From: an uncultured Actinomycetes bacterium | GTDB lineage: Bacteria > Actinomycetota > Thermoleophilia > UBA2241 | DNA: 64,000 nt | Direction: 5' to 3' | Assembly: GCA_963709345.1 (NCBI GenBank) | Contig: CAVPVX010000004.1 | Location: 1-64,000, forward strand | Shown: positions 29,280-38,675 of the stretch, in pieces | Layout: each line of letters begins with the position of its first letter | Numbering within the stretch: position 1 is the first letter of the stretch | The notes under the pieces: model-generated | The model's input: only the letters and a program-made list of their open reading frames with translations | Told to the model about the DNA's origin: nothing | Databases searched by the model: none | Translations under genes and position numbers: made by a program

Positions 29280-29812
29280 CTATCGCGTTCGTAGCCGGTC
29301 TCGTCCAGCGCCGTGCGGAGCTTCTTGGCGGCGGCGTGCAGGCGTGACTTCACCGTGCCGACGGGGACGTCCTGGGCCTCGGCGATGTCGTTGAGCGGAA
29401 GGTCGCAGAAGAAGCGCAGCGCCACACACTCGCGGAGCTCGTCCGGCAGTGTCGCCAGCGCTTCGCGCAGCGCCGGGTCCGCGGGGCCCGCCGGCGCGTC
29501 TTCCGGCGCGTCCGGGGCGATCCGCTGGAGCTTGTCCATCAGCCCGTACCGCGTCTTGCGCCGTCGGCCGTGGTCGCGCCCCGTGTTGAGGATGATGCGG
29601 TAGAACCACGCGAGAAAGGTCTCTTCCCGCGGGATCTGGGCCCGGTAGACCTTGATGAACACTTCCTGCACGGCGTCATCCACCTCCTCGCAAAACCCCT
29701 GGAGGAACAGGATGCGCCGCACCTGGGGCGCGTAGCGCCGAAAGAGCTCGGCGCGCGCCTCCGGCTGCTCACCGCGCAGGCGGTCGACCAGACCGTGCGG
29801 CAGATCCTCTAT
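29276..29812 (-). CDS. ECF RNA polymerase sigma factor; start uncertain, possibly ATA
   Basis: Region 2 (DDAVQEVFIKVY, AWFYRI) and region 4 (IAEAQDVPVGTVKSRLH). Confidence 0.88.
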   Translation of the reverse strand: MEDLPHGLVDRLRGEQPEARAELFRRYAPQVRRILFLQGFCEEVDDAVQEVFIKVYRAQIPREETFLAWFYRIILNTGRDHGRRRKTRYGLMDKLQRIAPDAPEDAPAGPADPALREALATLPDELRECVALRFFCDLPLNDIAEAQDVPVGTVKSRLHAAAKKLRTALDETGYERDR

Positions 29813-29832
29813 CGCCTTCCTCCAACGTAAGG

Positions 29833-29857
29833 GACGCCGGTGCCGCCGGGCGGGTTC
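29833..29857 (-). promoter_or_regulatory. ECF-type autoregulatory promoter candidate
   Basis: GAAC-N17-CGTC just upstream of the GGAGG at 29819-29823. Confidence 0.5.
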
Positions 29858-29953
29858 GCCGCGCCGGACGCGGCAAGTATAGCGCGGCGCCGGAGGTGGT
29901 CGTGCCGGGCCGACACGCCGGCGCCGGCCAGCCGGAGGCCACATTGGTCGCCG

Positions 29954-30868
29954 TCAGGCGAAGCCGAGGCGGCGGACCTCTTCCATCAGTTCGTGGCCGC
30001 TGTGTTCGCGCACCTGCCGGGTGACTTCGGCCGCCAGCGCCACGATGTCGGCCGCGCTGGCACCCGGTTCGGCGACGAGGAAATTGGCGTGCTTGTCGCT
30101 GACGTGAGCCTTGCCGACGCGGAGGCCCTTGAGGTCGGCGTCCTCGATGAGACGCGCCGCGGGCAGCTCGCGCGACGGGTTCTTGAAGTAGCTGCCGCAG
30201 CTCGCGTACTCGAGCGGGTGCTTGCTCCGGCGCAGCGCCGCGTCGTCGGCGATCCGCGCGAGCAGATCGTCGCGTTTCTCGTGCCGGAGCATGAAGGAGG
30301 CGGAGAGGACGACGAGATCGCTCCGCTCCTTGAGCAGCGACGTGCGGTAGCCGAAGTCGAGCCGCGAGGGTTCGACGACGTGCTCCTTGCCCTCGTCGAG
30401 GAGGTGCACGCTCACCAGCGCGTCGCTGACCGCCTCGCCGTAGGCTCCGGCATTGCCGACGATGGCGCCTCCGACGGAACCGGGGATGTTGCCGGCGAAG
30501 TCAAGGCCGGCGAGCCCCTGCCCGGCCAGGTCGGAGACGAGGCCGGGCAACTCCACGCCGGCCTCCGCGCGCAGGAGGTCGTCGTCGAGTGTGGTGCCCT
30601 CGTTGCGCGTGAGGACGGTGAGGCCGCCGACGCCGGCGTCGCCGACGAGGACGTTCGTGCAGCGTCCGAGGACCGTCACGGGCAGGCCCAGCTCGCGCGC
30701 CGTGAGCACGGCGTGGACGAGCATGCCGGTCGTGCCGGCGCGGACGAGGTACTGCGCCGACCCGCCGACGCCGTACGCGGTGAACGGCGCGAGAGGTACG
30801 GTTTCTTCGAGGCCGGGCAGCTCGCGCCGAAGCACGTCAAGGATGCGGGTGTCGGGCTGCTCCTCCAT
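29954..30868 (-). CDS. murB: UDP-N-acetylmuramate dehydrogenase
   Basis: IPGSVGGAIVGNAGAYG, FGYRTS, SCGSYFKNP, SDKHANF and EEVR motifs. Confidence 0.93.
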   Translation of the reverse strand: MEEQPDTRILDVLRRELPGLEETVPLAPFTAYGVGGSAQYLVRAGTTGMLVHAVLTARELGLPVTVLGRCTNVLVGDAGVGGLTVLTRNEGTTLDDDLLRAEAGVELPGLVSDLAGQGLAGLDFAGNIPGSVGGAIVGNAGAYGEAVSDALVSVHLLDEGKEHVVEPSRLDFGYRTSLLKERSDLVVLSASFMLRHEKRDDLLARIADDAALRRSKHPLEYASCGSYFKNPSRELPAARLIEDADLKGLRVGKAHVSDKHANFLVAEPGASAADIVALAAEVTRQVREHSGHELMEEVRRLGFA

Positions 30869-30929
30869 CGCCTCATCGTAGCAGGTCGACGGCGCGTCGC
30901 GCGTTGCCGTCCCGGGTACGAGCCTTCTG

Positions 30930-30986
30930 TTGACACCGCCTCGTCCGGCGAGTAAAGTCCCCAAATCCTAGTGACAAGTAGGAATT
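30930..30986 (+). promoter_or_regulatory. Sigma70 promoter with Rrf2-type operator
   Basis: TTGACA(30930)-N17-TAAAGT(30953); palindrome TCCTA-N8-TAGGA at 30966-30983. Confidence 0.72.
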
Positions 30987-30998
30987 AGCGGGAGCGCC

Positions 30999-31460
30999 GT
31001 GATCCACCTGTCGACCAAGAGTGAATACGCCATCAAGGCCCTCGTCCGGCTGGCGCTGGCCGACGGCGACCGCCCGGTGCAGGCGCGGGACATCGTCGCC
31101 TTCACCGGCATACCGCCCAAGTTCCTCGAGCAGGTGATGCACGACCTGCGGCTGGCCGGGCTGGTGGAGAGCAGGCGCGGCAAGGGCGGCGGCTACGTGC
31201 TCGCTCGCGACCCGGGAGGCCTGAGCTTCGCCGACGTCATCGACCTCATCGACGGCCCGCGCGCCGCCTCCGGCGCCGGGCGCAAGGGCACGGTGGGCGC
31301 CAACGGCGGCAAGGGCCGAATGCGCGGCGGCGACCAGGCGGAAGCCCTGGTCGCGCCCGTGTGGCGCGCCGTCCGCGAGTGCACGCGCGCTGTGCTCGGC
31401 TCGGCGACGATCGCCGACGCGGCGGCCCGGGCTGCCGCAGCCCCCATGTACTACATCTGA
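30999..31460 (+). CDS. Rrf2-family regulator, CymR-like
   Basis: [13 protein letters not shown] and [13 protein letters not shown] motifs; no Fe-S Cys triad; C-terminal MYYI. Confidence 0.88.
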   Translation: MIHLSTKSEYAIKALVRLALADGDRPVQARDIVAFTGIPPKFLEQVMHDLRLAGLVESRRGKGGGYVLARDPGGLSFADVIDLIDGPRAASGAGRKGTVGANGGKGRMRGGDQAEALVAPVWRAVRECTRAVLGSATIADAAARAAAAPMYYI

Positions 31461-31471
31461 ATGGAGACGAG

Positions 31472-32767
31472 ATGAGTGACGAGGCGAGGACCAGTCAGGG
31501 CTTCGAGACGCTCGCGCTGCACGGTGGTCAGGAGCCGGACTCGGCGACGAACGCCCGTGCCGTGCCGATCTACCAGACGACGTCGTACACGTTTGACGAT
31601 TCCGACCATGCCGCCGACCTGTTCGCGCTCCGCGAGCCCGGCAACATCTACACGCGCATGATGAATCCGACCACCGACGTGTTCGAGAAGCGCGTCGCCG
31701 CGCTCGAGGGCGGGGCGGCGGCGCTGGCGTTCGGGTCGGGCTCGGCCGCCGTCACGTTCAGCATCCTCAACGTCGCCGGCTCCGGCGACCACGTCGTGAG
31801 CTCCAACAGCCTGTACGGCGGCACCTCCAACCTGTTCGTGCACACGCTGCCCAGGTTCGGCCTGGAGATCGACCTCGTGGATCCGGCCGACCCGGAGAAC
31901 TACCGTCGCGCGATCCGGCCGGCCACCAAGCTGCTCTACGCCGAGACCGTCGGCAACCCCAAGCTCGACACGCTCGACATCGAAGCGGTCGCGGCGATCG
32001 CCCACGAGGCGGGCATCCCGCTGATCGTCGACAACACCATGGCGACGCCGTACCTCATCAGGCCGATCGACCACGGCGCCGATCTCGTCGTGCACTCGGC
32101 GACCAAGTTCATCGGTGGCCACGGCACCTCGATCGGTGGCGTCGTCGTTGACGCCGGCGCCTTCGACTGGGCGCAGAACGACCGGTTCCCCGGCCTCGTC
32201 GAGCCGGACGAGAGCTACCACGGCCTCAGGTTCTCCGAGGCGCTCGGGCCGCTCGCCTACATCGTCAAGCTGCGCGTGAGCCTGCTGCGCGACATCGGCG
32301 CGGCGCTGTCGCCTTTCAACGCCTTCCTGTTCCTGCAGGGTCTCGAGACGCTGCACCTACGCATGGAGCGCCACAGTCGCAACGCGCTCGCTGTGGCCGA
32401 GTTCCTCAAGGAGCATCCCAAGGTCGGCTGGGTGAGCTACCCCGGTCTGCCGTGTCACCCCACGCACGAGCTGGCGAGGAGGTACCACCACCGGGGGCTG
32501 TACGGGGCGATGGTCGGCTTCGGGGTCGTGGGCGGTCGCGAGGCCGGGCGGCGCTTCGTCGAGAGCACGAAGCTGCTCTCGCACGTGGCCAACATCGGCG
32601 ACGCGAAGTCGCTGTGCATCCACCCTGCCACGACGACGCACTCGCAGCTGACGGCTGAAGAACGGCTGGCGAGCGGGGTGACCGACGACTTCGTGCGACT
32701 GAGCATCGGCATCGAGACGCTGGACGACATCGTCGCCGACATCGAGCAGGCGCTCGCCAAGGTGTGA
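31472..32767 (+). CDS. metY: O-acetylhomoserine aminocarboxypropyltransferase
   Basis: [34 protein letters not shown] and ANIGDAKSL motifs. Confidence 0.95.
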   Translation: MSDEARTSQGFETLALHGGQEPDSATNARAVPIYQTTSYTFDDSDHAADLFALREPGNIYTRMMNPTTDVFEKRVAALEGGAAALAFGSGSAAVTFSILNVAGSGDHVVSSNSLYGGTSNLFVHTLPRFGLEIDLVDPADPENYRRAIRPATKLLYAETVGNPKLDTLDIEAVAAIAHEAGIPLIVDNTMATPYLIRPIDHGADLVVHSATKFIGGHGTSIGGVVVDAGAFDWAQNDRFPGLVEPDESYHGLRFSEALGPLAYIVKLRVSLLRDIGAALSPFNAFLFLQGLETLHLRMERHSRNALAVAEFLKEHPKVGWVSYPGLPCHPTHELARRYHHRGLYGAMVGFGVVGGREAGRRFVESTKLLSHVANIGDAKSLCIHPATTTHSQLTAEERLASGVTDDFVRLSIGIETLDDIVADIEQALAKV

Positions 32768-32835
32768 GGCCGGGGGGGTAGAATGTGCGGCGGGCGGTCG
32801 AAGGTTCGCCCGCTCCACGGACTCGAGGCAACACG

Positions 32836-34044
32836 ATGAAAGACGACAAGCAGACGCAGGGCAAGCAGATCGGCGACGTGGCGATGAACCTCGACGACGA
32901 TGCCGGTTCGGCCGGCATCGTCCGCACCGAGTACGTCACGTTCGACCAGCCCGGCCAGGAGCTCGCGCTCGAGGGCGGCGGCGCACTGGCGCCGTTCACG
33001 CTCGCCTACGAGACGTACGGGACGCTCAGCGAGCGGCGGGACAACGCGATCCTGGTGACCCACGCCCTTTCCGGCGACGCGCACATCGCCGGCAGGCACG
33101 GCGCGACGGACAAGCGCCCCGGCTGGTGGGACATGATGATAGGGCCCGGCAAGGGGCTCGACACCGACAGGTACTTCGTCATCTGCAGTAACGTGATCGG
33201 CGGCTGCGGCGGCAGCACGGGGCCGGCTTCCGTGAACCCCGCCACCGGCGAGCCCTACGGCACCGACTTCCCCATGATCACCATCAAGGACATGGTGAAC
33301 GCCCAGATGCTGCTGCTCGACCATCTCGGCATCCCCAAGCTGCTCGCCGCCGTCGGCGGCTCCATGGGCGGCATGCAGGTGCTGGAGCTGGCGATCTCGC
33401 ATCCCGCCCGCGCCCATCTCTGCGTGCCGCTGGCCACGGCGGCGCGCCAGCCCACCATGGCGATCGCCTTCAACGAGGTCGGCCGCCAGGCGATCATGGC
33501 CGACCCCGACTGGCGCGGGGGCCACTACTACGACGGCGTGCCGCCGGCCAGGGGCCTGAGCGTCGCGCGCATGGTCGGCCATATCACCTACCTCAGCGAC
33601 GCGGCGATGGAGGAGAAGTTCGGCCGCCGGCTGCAGGACATCCACGACTACACGTTCACGTTCTCCGCCGACTTCGAGGTCGAGAGCTATCTGCGGCACC
33701 AGGGTCTCAGCTTCACCGACCGGTTCGATGCGAACACCTACCTCTACATCACGCGTGCGCTCGACTACTTCGACCTGACGCGTGCGCATGGGAGTCTGGT
33801 GCGCGCCTTCCGCGGCGTGGCTGCGCGCTTCCTCGTGCTCGGCTTCAGCAGTGACTGGCTGCATCCGCCGTACCAGCTCAAGGAGATCGTCAGCGCTCTG
33901 CGGACCACGCACAAGCACGTGAGCTACTACGAGGTCGAGAGTCACTACGGCCACGATGCGTTCCTGCTGGAGCGCGAGAAGATGGAGGGCATCGTCGCCG
34001 CGTTCCTCTCCAGCGGTGCCCGGACGTTCGCCCCGCCCGCCTGA
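32836..34044 (+). CDS. metX: Homoserine O-acetyltransferase
   Basis: AYETYG, HALSGD, GGCGGSTGP, GGSMGG, RFDANTY and GHDAFL motifs. Confidence 0.95.
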   Translation: MKDDKQTQGKQIGDVAMNLDDDAGSAGIVRTEYVTFDQPGQELALEGGGALAPFTLAYETYGTLSERRDNAILVTHALSGDAHIAGRHGATDKRPGWWDMMIGPGKGLDTDRYFVICSNVIGGCGGSTGPASVNPATGEPYGTDFPMITIKDMVNAQMLLLDHLGIPKLLAAVGGSMGGMQVLELAISHPARAHLCVPLATAARQPTMAIAFNEVGRQAIMADPDWRGGHYYDGVPPARGLSVARMVGHITYLSDAAMEEKFGRRLQDIHDYTFTFSADFEVESYLRHQGLSFTDRFDANTYLYITRALDYFDLTRAHGSLVRAFRGVAARFLVLGFSSDWLHPPYQLKEIVSALRTTHKHVSYYEVESHYGHDAFLLEREKMEGIVAAFLSSGARTFAPPA

Positions 34045-34640
34045 TGCGCCGCATCGACTACAAAGTCATCGAGGGCCTCGTGCCGGAGGGCGCGACGGTG
34101 CTCGACCTCGCCTGCGGTGACGGCGAACTGCTCGGCGAGCTCATCGCCGAGAGGCGCGTGCGCGGCAGCGGGGTCGAGATCGACCAGGCTGCCGTGCAGG
34201 CCTGCATCGGCAAGGGGCTCTCCGTGTTCCACGGTGACCTCGATGCCGGTCTTGCCGACTTCTCCGACCAGTCTCACGACGTGGTCATTCTGAGCCTCAG
34301 CCTGCAGCAACTCCGGCGACCGCGGATGATCGTCCGCGAGATGGTCCGCGTCGGCCGTCTCGCGATCGTGAGTTTCCCCAACTTCGCGCACTGGGTGCCG
34401 CGCTCCCAGCTCTTCTTCGGCGGGCGCATGCCGGTCTCGCGCGACCTTCCCTATCAGTGGTGGGACACGCCCAATATCCACCTCTGCACCATCAAGGACT
34501 TCCGCGCCCTGTGCCGGGAGGAGGGCCTCTGCATCGAGCGCGAGCTCTATCTGCGCTCGGTCGCCAAGCCCCCGCCGGCTCACCTCGTCGCCCCGGACCT
34601 GCTGGCCCGCATAGCGATCTTCGCCGTCACGCGCTGCTAG
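34044..34640 (+). CDS. metW: Methionine biosynthesis protein MetW
   Basis: VLDLACGDG, VSFPNFAHW and WWDTPNIHLCTIKDF motifs; coupled to metX. Confidence 0.93.
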   Translation: MRRIDYKVIEGLVPEGATVLDLACGDGELLGELIAERRVRGSGVEIDQAAVQACIGKGLSVFHGDLDAGLADFSDQSHDVVILSLSLQQLRRPRMIVREMVRVGRLAIVSFPNFAHWVPRSQLFFGGRMPVSRDLPYQWWDTPNIHLCTIKDFRALCREEGLCIERELYLRSVAKPPPAHLVAPDLLARIAIFAVTRC

Positions 34641-34820
34641 GCGAAGGCCTTCCGCGCGGGTCGCAGAGACAACCGGCGGCCGGCTTTCGACGTCCGTTCG
34701 GAGCGGGTACACTACGTGTACGTTCTGCGTCTCAGAGACCGGCGCGAGCGGCACAAGGAGCGTCTCACGTCTTCACCGAGCACCGGCGGCGAAGCGCTTC
34801 AAGATCAAAGGAGAAATACA

Positions 34821-35162
34821 GTGCCTCAGGGTAAAGTCAAGTGGTTCTCGACGGAGAAGGCTTTCGGCTTCATCGAGCAGGACAGCGATAACGACATCTT
34901 CGTGCACGTCACCGGTCTCGCCGACGGCGTCACGATGCTCGACAAGGACATGCTCGTGGAGTACGAGGTCGAGCAGGGCCGCAAGGGCCCGCAGGCCGCC
35001 AACGTGAAGCCCGTGGCGGCCGCCGCCCCGGCTGCCGAGGTCGAGGCCGAGGTCGAGGCAGAGGTCGAGGCCGAGGTCGAAGCAGAGGTCGAGGCAGAGG
35101 TCGAAGCAGAGGTCGAGGCAGAGGTCGAGGCAGAGGTCGACGAGGAGCCTGAGGCCGACTGA
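34821..35162 (+). CDS. Cold-shock domain protein with acidic repeat tail
   Basis: GKVKWF, KAFGFI (RNP1), DIFVHV (RNP2) and KGPQAANV motifs; AAGGAG RBS before GTG 34821. Confidence 0.92.
   Translation: MPQGKVKWFSTEKAFGFIEQDSDNDIFVHVTGLADGVTMLDKDMLVEYEVEQGRKGPQAANVKPVAAAAPAAEVEAEVEAEVEAEVEAEVEAEVEAEVEAEVEAEVDEEPEAD
35034..35141 (+). repeat. Nine tandem 12-bp units GC(C/A)GAGGTCGA(G/A/C) encoding (AEVE)8-AEVD
   Basis: Read directly from the sequence; variation only at third codon positions. Confidence 0.95.
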
Positions 35163-35180
35163 GGCTCTGAGCTCTCGAAC

Positions 35181-35235
35181 GGGCCGACCGCCGGAGGATC
35201 GCTCGGGATCCGGCGGCCGGCCCGTCTTTCTTTTT
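35181..35235 (+). terminator. Rho-independent terminator after the cold-shock gene
   Basis: GGGCCGACCGCCGGA...TCCGGCGGCCGGCCC stem followed by GTCTTTCTTTTT. Confidence 0.85.
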
Positions 35236-35283
35236 GCGCCGAGCGGGAAAGACGCTCACGGCGGTCCATCGCGGGAGGCGCTC

Positions 35284-35922
35284 ATGCTTGAGAACATCCA
35301 CTGGCTCGGTCACGACTCGTTTCGTCTCGACGGCAGCGTGACCATCTACATCGATCCCTGGAAGCTGCCCGCCGGCCCTTCCCCCGCCGGCCTCATACTC
35401 GTCACCCACGATCACTACGATCACTTCAGCTTGCCCGACATCGAGGCACTGGCGGGTCCGGACACCGTGGTCGCCGGTCCGCCTTCGGTGACCGGCCGCA
35501 TGCAGAGCCGCGCGACGGTCACGCTTGGTCCGGGCGACAGGGCCGAGATCGCCGGCGTCGACGTCGAGGCGGTGGCTGCGTACAACATCGACAAGTTCCG
35601 GGCGCCGGGGGAGCCGTTCCATCCACGTGAGACGGGAGGGCTCGGCTACGTGGTGATGCTCGACGGCGCAAGGTACTATCACGCGGGAGACACCGACCTC
35701 GTTCCTGAGATGGCCGGCGTATGCTGCGACGTCGCGCTGTTGCCCGTGGGCGGCACCTACACGATGACCGCCGAGGAGGCCGCCGCAGCGTGTGAGGTCA
35801 TCCAGGCGGCGGCCGCGGTGCCCATGCACTACGGCGGAATCGTCGGCGGCGTCGCCGATGCTGAGCGCTTTCGCGACCTGTGCAGCATCCCGGTCACCAT
35901 CCTGACGCCGGAGCATGGGTGA
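35284..35922 (+). CDS. MBL-fold metallo-hydrolase
   Basis: WLGHDSF, THDHYDH, YHAGDT and PMHYG motifs. Confidence 0.9.
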   Translation: MLENIHWLGHDSFRLDGSVTIYIDPWKLPAGPSPAGLILVTHDHYDHFSLPDIEALAGPDTVVAGPPSVTGRMQSRATVTLGPGDRAEIAGVDVEAVAAYNIDKFRAPGEPFHPRETGGLGYVVMLDGARYYHAGDTDLVPEMAGVCCDVALLPVGGTYTMTAEEAAAACEVIQAAAAVPMHYGGIVGGVADAERFRDLCSIPVTILTPEHG

Positions 35923-35992
35923 CCCGGCCGCCGACAGGCCACCGCGCGCAGCGCATGGAGCACGGGCGTCGACTGACGCCGGGGAGGGGTAG

Positions 35993-36337
35993 ATGAAGGT
36001 CGTACGCGCCGTACCCACTGAGAGCATCTCCGAGCAGTTGAGCGTGCAGCGTCTCAGCGAAGCGCTCGGGGTTCAGCACCTGCGAGCCAACGTGTTCACG
36101 CTGGCCGAGGGTTCGATGTCGAAGCACATGCACAGGGAGCAAGAAGAGGTGTATCTCGTGCTCGACGGCACGGCGCTGATCGATGTCGACGGCGAGCAAC
36201 TCAAGGTCGGCGAGCGTGAGGCCCTGGCCGTGCCTGCTGGAGCCTGGCACAGGGTGGCCAACGCCGGCCGCGGGCCGCTCACGTTCTACGTCGTCGCCGC
36301 GCCGCCCTTGAGCGACGACGTCGAGTTCATGGGGTGA
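35993..36337 (+). CDS. Cupin-domain protein
   Basis: HMHREQEEVYLVLDG and VPAGAWH motifs. Confidence 0.88.
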   Translation: MKVVRAVPTESISEQLSVQRLSEALGVQHLRANVFTLAEGSMSKHMHREQEEVYLVLDGTALIDVDGEQLKVGEREALAVPAGAWHRVANAGRGPLTFYVVAAPPLSDDVEFMG

Positions 36338-36460
36338 TGCGAAGGGTGGTCATTCTCCGGTACGCGTTCGCAAGGGCAGGGCGCGAACGAGCCTCAAGTC
36401 GTCCCGCGACGGTCTCTCGGCGACAGTCGGCCGCCGCTCACCCACACGAGGGAGACACAG

Positions 36461-36910
36461 ATGCTGAAGGAAGGCCAGAAGGCTCCGGCCGTGACCGGGA
36501 CGTCGTACGACGGAGCGACCTTCGATCTCGGGGCGCCGGGCAGGCGCACCGTCCTCTTCTTCTACCCGAAAGCCGCGACCGGGGGCTGAACGACCGAAGC
36601 CGTTGAGTTCAACGGCCTGCTGGACGAGTTCGCCGTTCTCGACATACAGGTGGTGGGGGCCAGCGTCGACAAGCCTGCCGCGAACGAGCGCTGGGCAGCC
36701 AAGCACGACCTCAGGATGCCGCTGATCAGCGATCCCGGCGAGCACATGTTCTCGAGCGCCTTCGGTGTGGCGCGGCCACTCGTCGGCGTGGCCAAACGTA
36801 CGACGTGGCTCATCGATCCCGACGGGACGCTGCGCAGGGTCTATCCCAAGGTGACGCCCAAGGGTCACGCCGCCCAGGTCCTCGCCGATTGCAGGCAGAT
36901 CTGGGGCTAG
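36461..36910 (+). CDS. bcp: BCP/PrxQ peroxiredoxin with in-frame TGA (predicted selenocysteine, codon 43)
   Basis: GGGAG RBS and ATG 36461; MLKEGQKAP...LFFYPKAATGG-TGA(36587)-TTEAVEF continues in frame into ORF 36650..36910 (GASVD, LISDP, RTTWLIDPDG, YPKV). Confidence 0.9.
36599..36616 (+). promoter_or_regulatory. Bacterial SECIS-like hairpin
   Basis: GCCGTTG-AGTT-CAACGGC, perfect 7-bp stem; loop starts 16 nt after the TGA, with GU in the loop. Confidence 0.7.
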
Positions 36911-36916
36911 GCCGCC

Positions 36917-37918
36917 CTACTCATCGGCGGAGTCGTCGCGCGGGCCGAGGTAGGCCGGCGCGTCGATCATGAAGATGCGGCTGGACCAGCTGGCGCCGGC
37001 CGGGGTCGCCCTCTCGGCGTCGTCGATCGCGGCTATGCGGGCGGTCATGTCGTCGCAGTAGTGGACGATGATGGCCTCGCGCGTCTGTGGGACCACCGGA
37101 CTCCCCTTCTCGCGCATGCCGTGGTGCGCGACGATGATGTGGCGCAGGCGCAGCGCCACCTCGGCCGGGAAGTCCGGCGTCTCGTCAATGAGGTCGCGCA
37201 CCATGTCGTGGCCCATGACGATCTCGCCGTGCAGGCGCCCGACGTCGGTCATCTGCGGGGCCATGCCGCTGCTGGTGTAGGCCTGCGTCTTGCCGATGTC
37301 GTGGAGGAGGCCGCCGGCGACCACGATGTCGCGGTCGACGGAGTCGAATCGCGACGCGACTCCGGCGGCGGCCTCGGCGACGATCAGCGAGTGCTCCAGC
37401 AGACCGTGGCGGTACGCGTGATGGTTGCGCACCGCGGCCGGGGCCACCGCGAAGGTCGCCCCGGGCTCCCGGGAGCCGTCAAACGCGCGCTCGAGCAGCG
37501 CGCGGAGGTGCGGCTCGTCCACGGAGTCGATGAGCGCGTGCAGGAGCTCGGCCAGCTCTGCAGTGCCGATCGGCGACACGGGCACGAGGTCGCCGGCGTC
37601 GTACTCGTCGGGCTCCGCGGGCCGCAGCCGGCGGACCTGCACCTGGGCGCCGTACTGGGGATGCACGCTGTACGTGCCTCCGACGACGACGACGTCGCCG
37701 GTGGAGATGCCGAGCGCTTCGTCTGACGGGTCGAAGTGGATGGCGGCGACTTCGCCGCTCGCGTCGCGCAGCTTGAGCCGCAGGTAGGCTTTGCCGTTGC
37801 GATCGGTCGCGGCGGTCATCTCTGAGCAGGCGTACGCACCGGCGACGGCTTGTCCGCTCTCGAGCTCGGCGATGGGGATTCGGGCGGCGGCGCCCGGCAG
37901 GCTCGTCTGTTCGGTCAT
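36917..37918 (-). CDS. yhaM: OB-fold + HD-domain 3'-5' exoribonuclease (YhaM/Cbf1 family)
   Basis: GKAYLRLKLRDASG, HHAYRHGLLEHS, LLHDIGK, HIIVAHHG and GSPVVP motifs. Confidence 0.88.
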   Translation of the reverse strand: MTEQTSLPGAAARIPIAELESGQAVAGAYACSEMTAATDRNGKAYLRLKLRDASGEVAAIHFDPSDEALGISTGDVVVVGGTYSVHPQYGAQVQVRRLRPAEPDEYDAGDLVPVSPIGTAELAELLHALIDSVDEPHLRALLERAFDGSREPGATFAVAPAAVRNHHAYRHGLLEHSLIVAEAAAGVASRFDSVDRDIVVAGGLLHDIGKTQAYTSSGMAPQMTDVGRLHGEIVMGHDMVRDLIDETPDFPAEVALRLRHIIVAHHGMREKGSPVVPQTREAIIVHYCDDMTARIAAIDDAERATPAGASWSSRIFMIDAPAYLGPRDDSADE

Positions 37919-38007
37919 GGGTCTCTCCTTGGTCCGGGACAGGGTACCAGACGCCCCGGACGAGGAGCGACGCGCGGCCGGTTCACATTGACGGGAGGCG
38001 GTCGTGC

Positions 38008-38627
38008 TCAGGCGTCGTCGGCGGGCTTCCCCGCGGGCGGCGACTCCTTGGCGGCGGGTTTCTTCGCGGCCGGCTTGCGAGCAGCGGCAGGCTTCTTGGC
38101 GGCGGGCTTCTTCCCGGCCGCCTTCGCTCCGGCCGCGGCTTCTTGGCGGCACCCGGCTTCTTGGCGGCAGCCGGCTTCTCTCCCACGGCCTTCGCTCCGG
38201 CGAGCTCCTCGTTCACGGCTGGAGCCTCCTCTGCGGCTTTCTCCGCCGGTGCTTCCTCGGTGCCGGGCTTCGTCGTCGGCGCCTCCACGGTGGCCTCGAC
38301 CACGACCGCGACTGGCGCGGGCGCCTCGTCCGGGGGTGTCTCGGCGGCCGGCGGCTGGGGGCCGCGCAGCTTCGCGATCTCGGCCTCCTTCTCACCGACC
38401 TCGGCCAGCGCCGCGCGGAGTCTCGCGAGGACATCGGCCAGGTCGGGATGCGCGAGCTCGCCCCGGTCCATCAGCGCGAACGCCGCGTGGCCCAGGTCGC
38501 GCTCGGCTCTCCGCACGTCGTTCTGTAGCACCACGAGTCGAGTCTGCGCGGCAGTCACCTTGCCGGCGCGACCGGCGTCGCCGGCGAGCACGCCGGCCTT
38601 CTGCTTCACTGTATCGAAGAATCCCAT
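38008..38627 (-). CDS. Coiled-coil protein with a Lys/Pro/Ala-rich (KKPAA) tail; frameshift near 38137
   Basis: AAGGAGG RBS; MGFFDTVKQKA; with one base restored it continues KKPAAKKPAAARKPAAKKPAAKESPPAGKPADDA to the stop at 38008. Confidence 0.7.
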
Positions 38628-38675
38628 GTCGCCCTCCTTGATCGCCGCCGCCTTGCCGGCGGGCGCCGCCTTGCA

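Noticed and set aside
35034-35141. Tandem repeat as a CRISPR-like array
   Set aside because: It is a contiguous 12-bp coding repeat with no spacers, and no cas genes are present.
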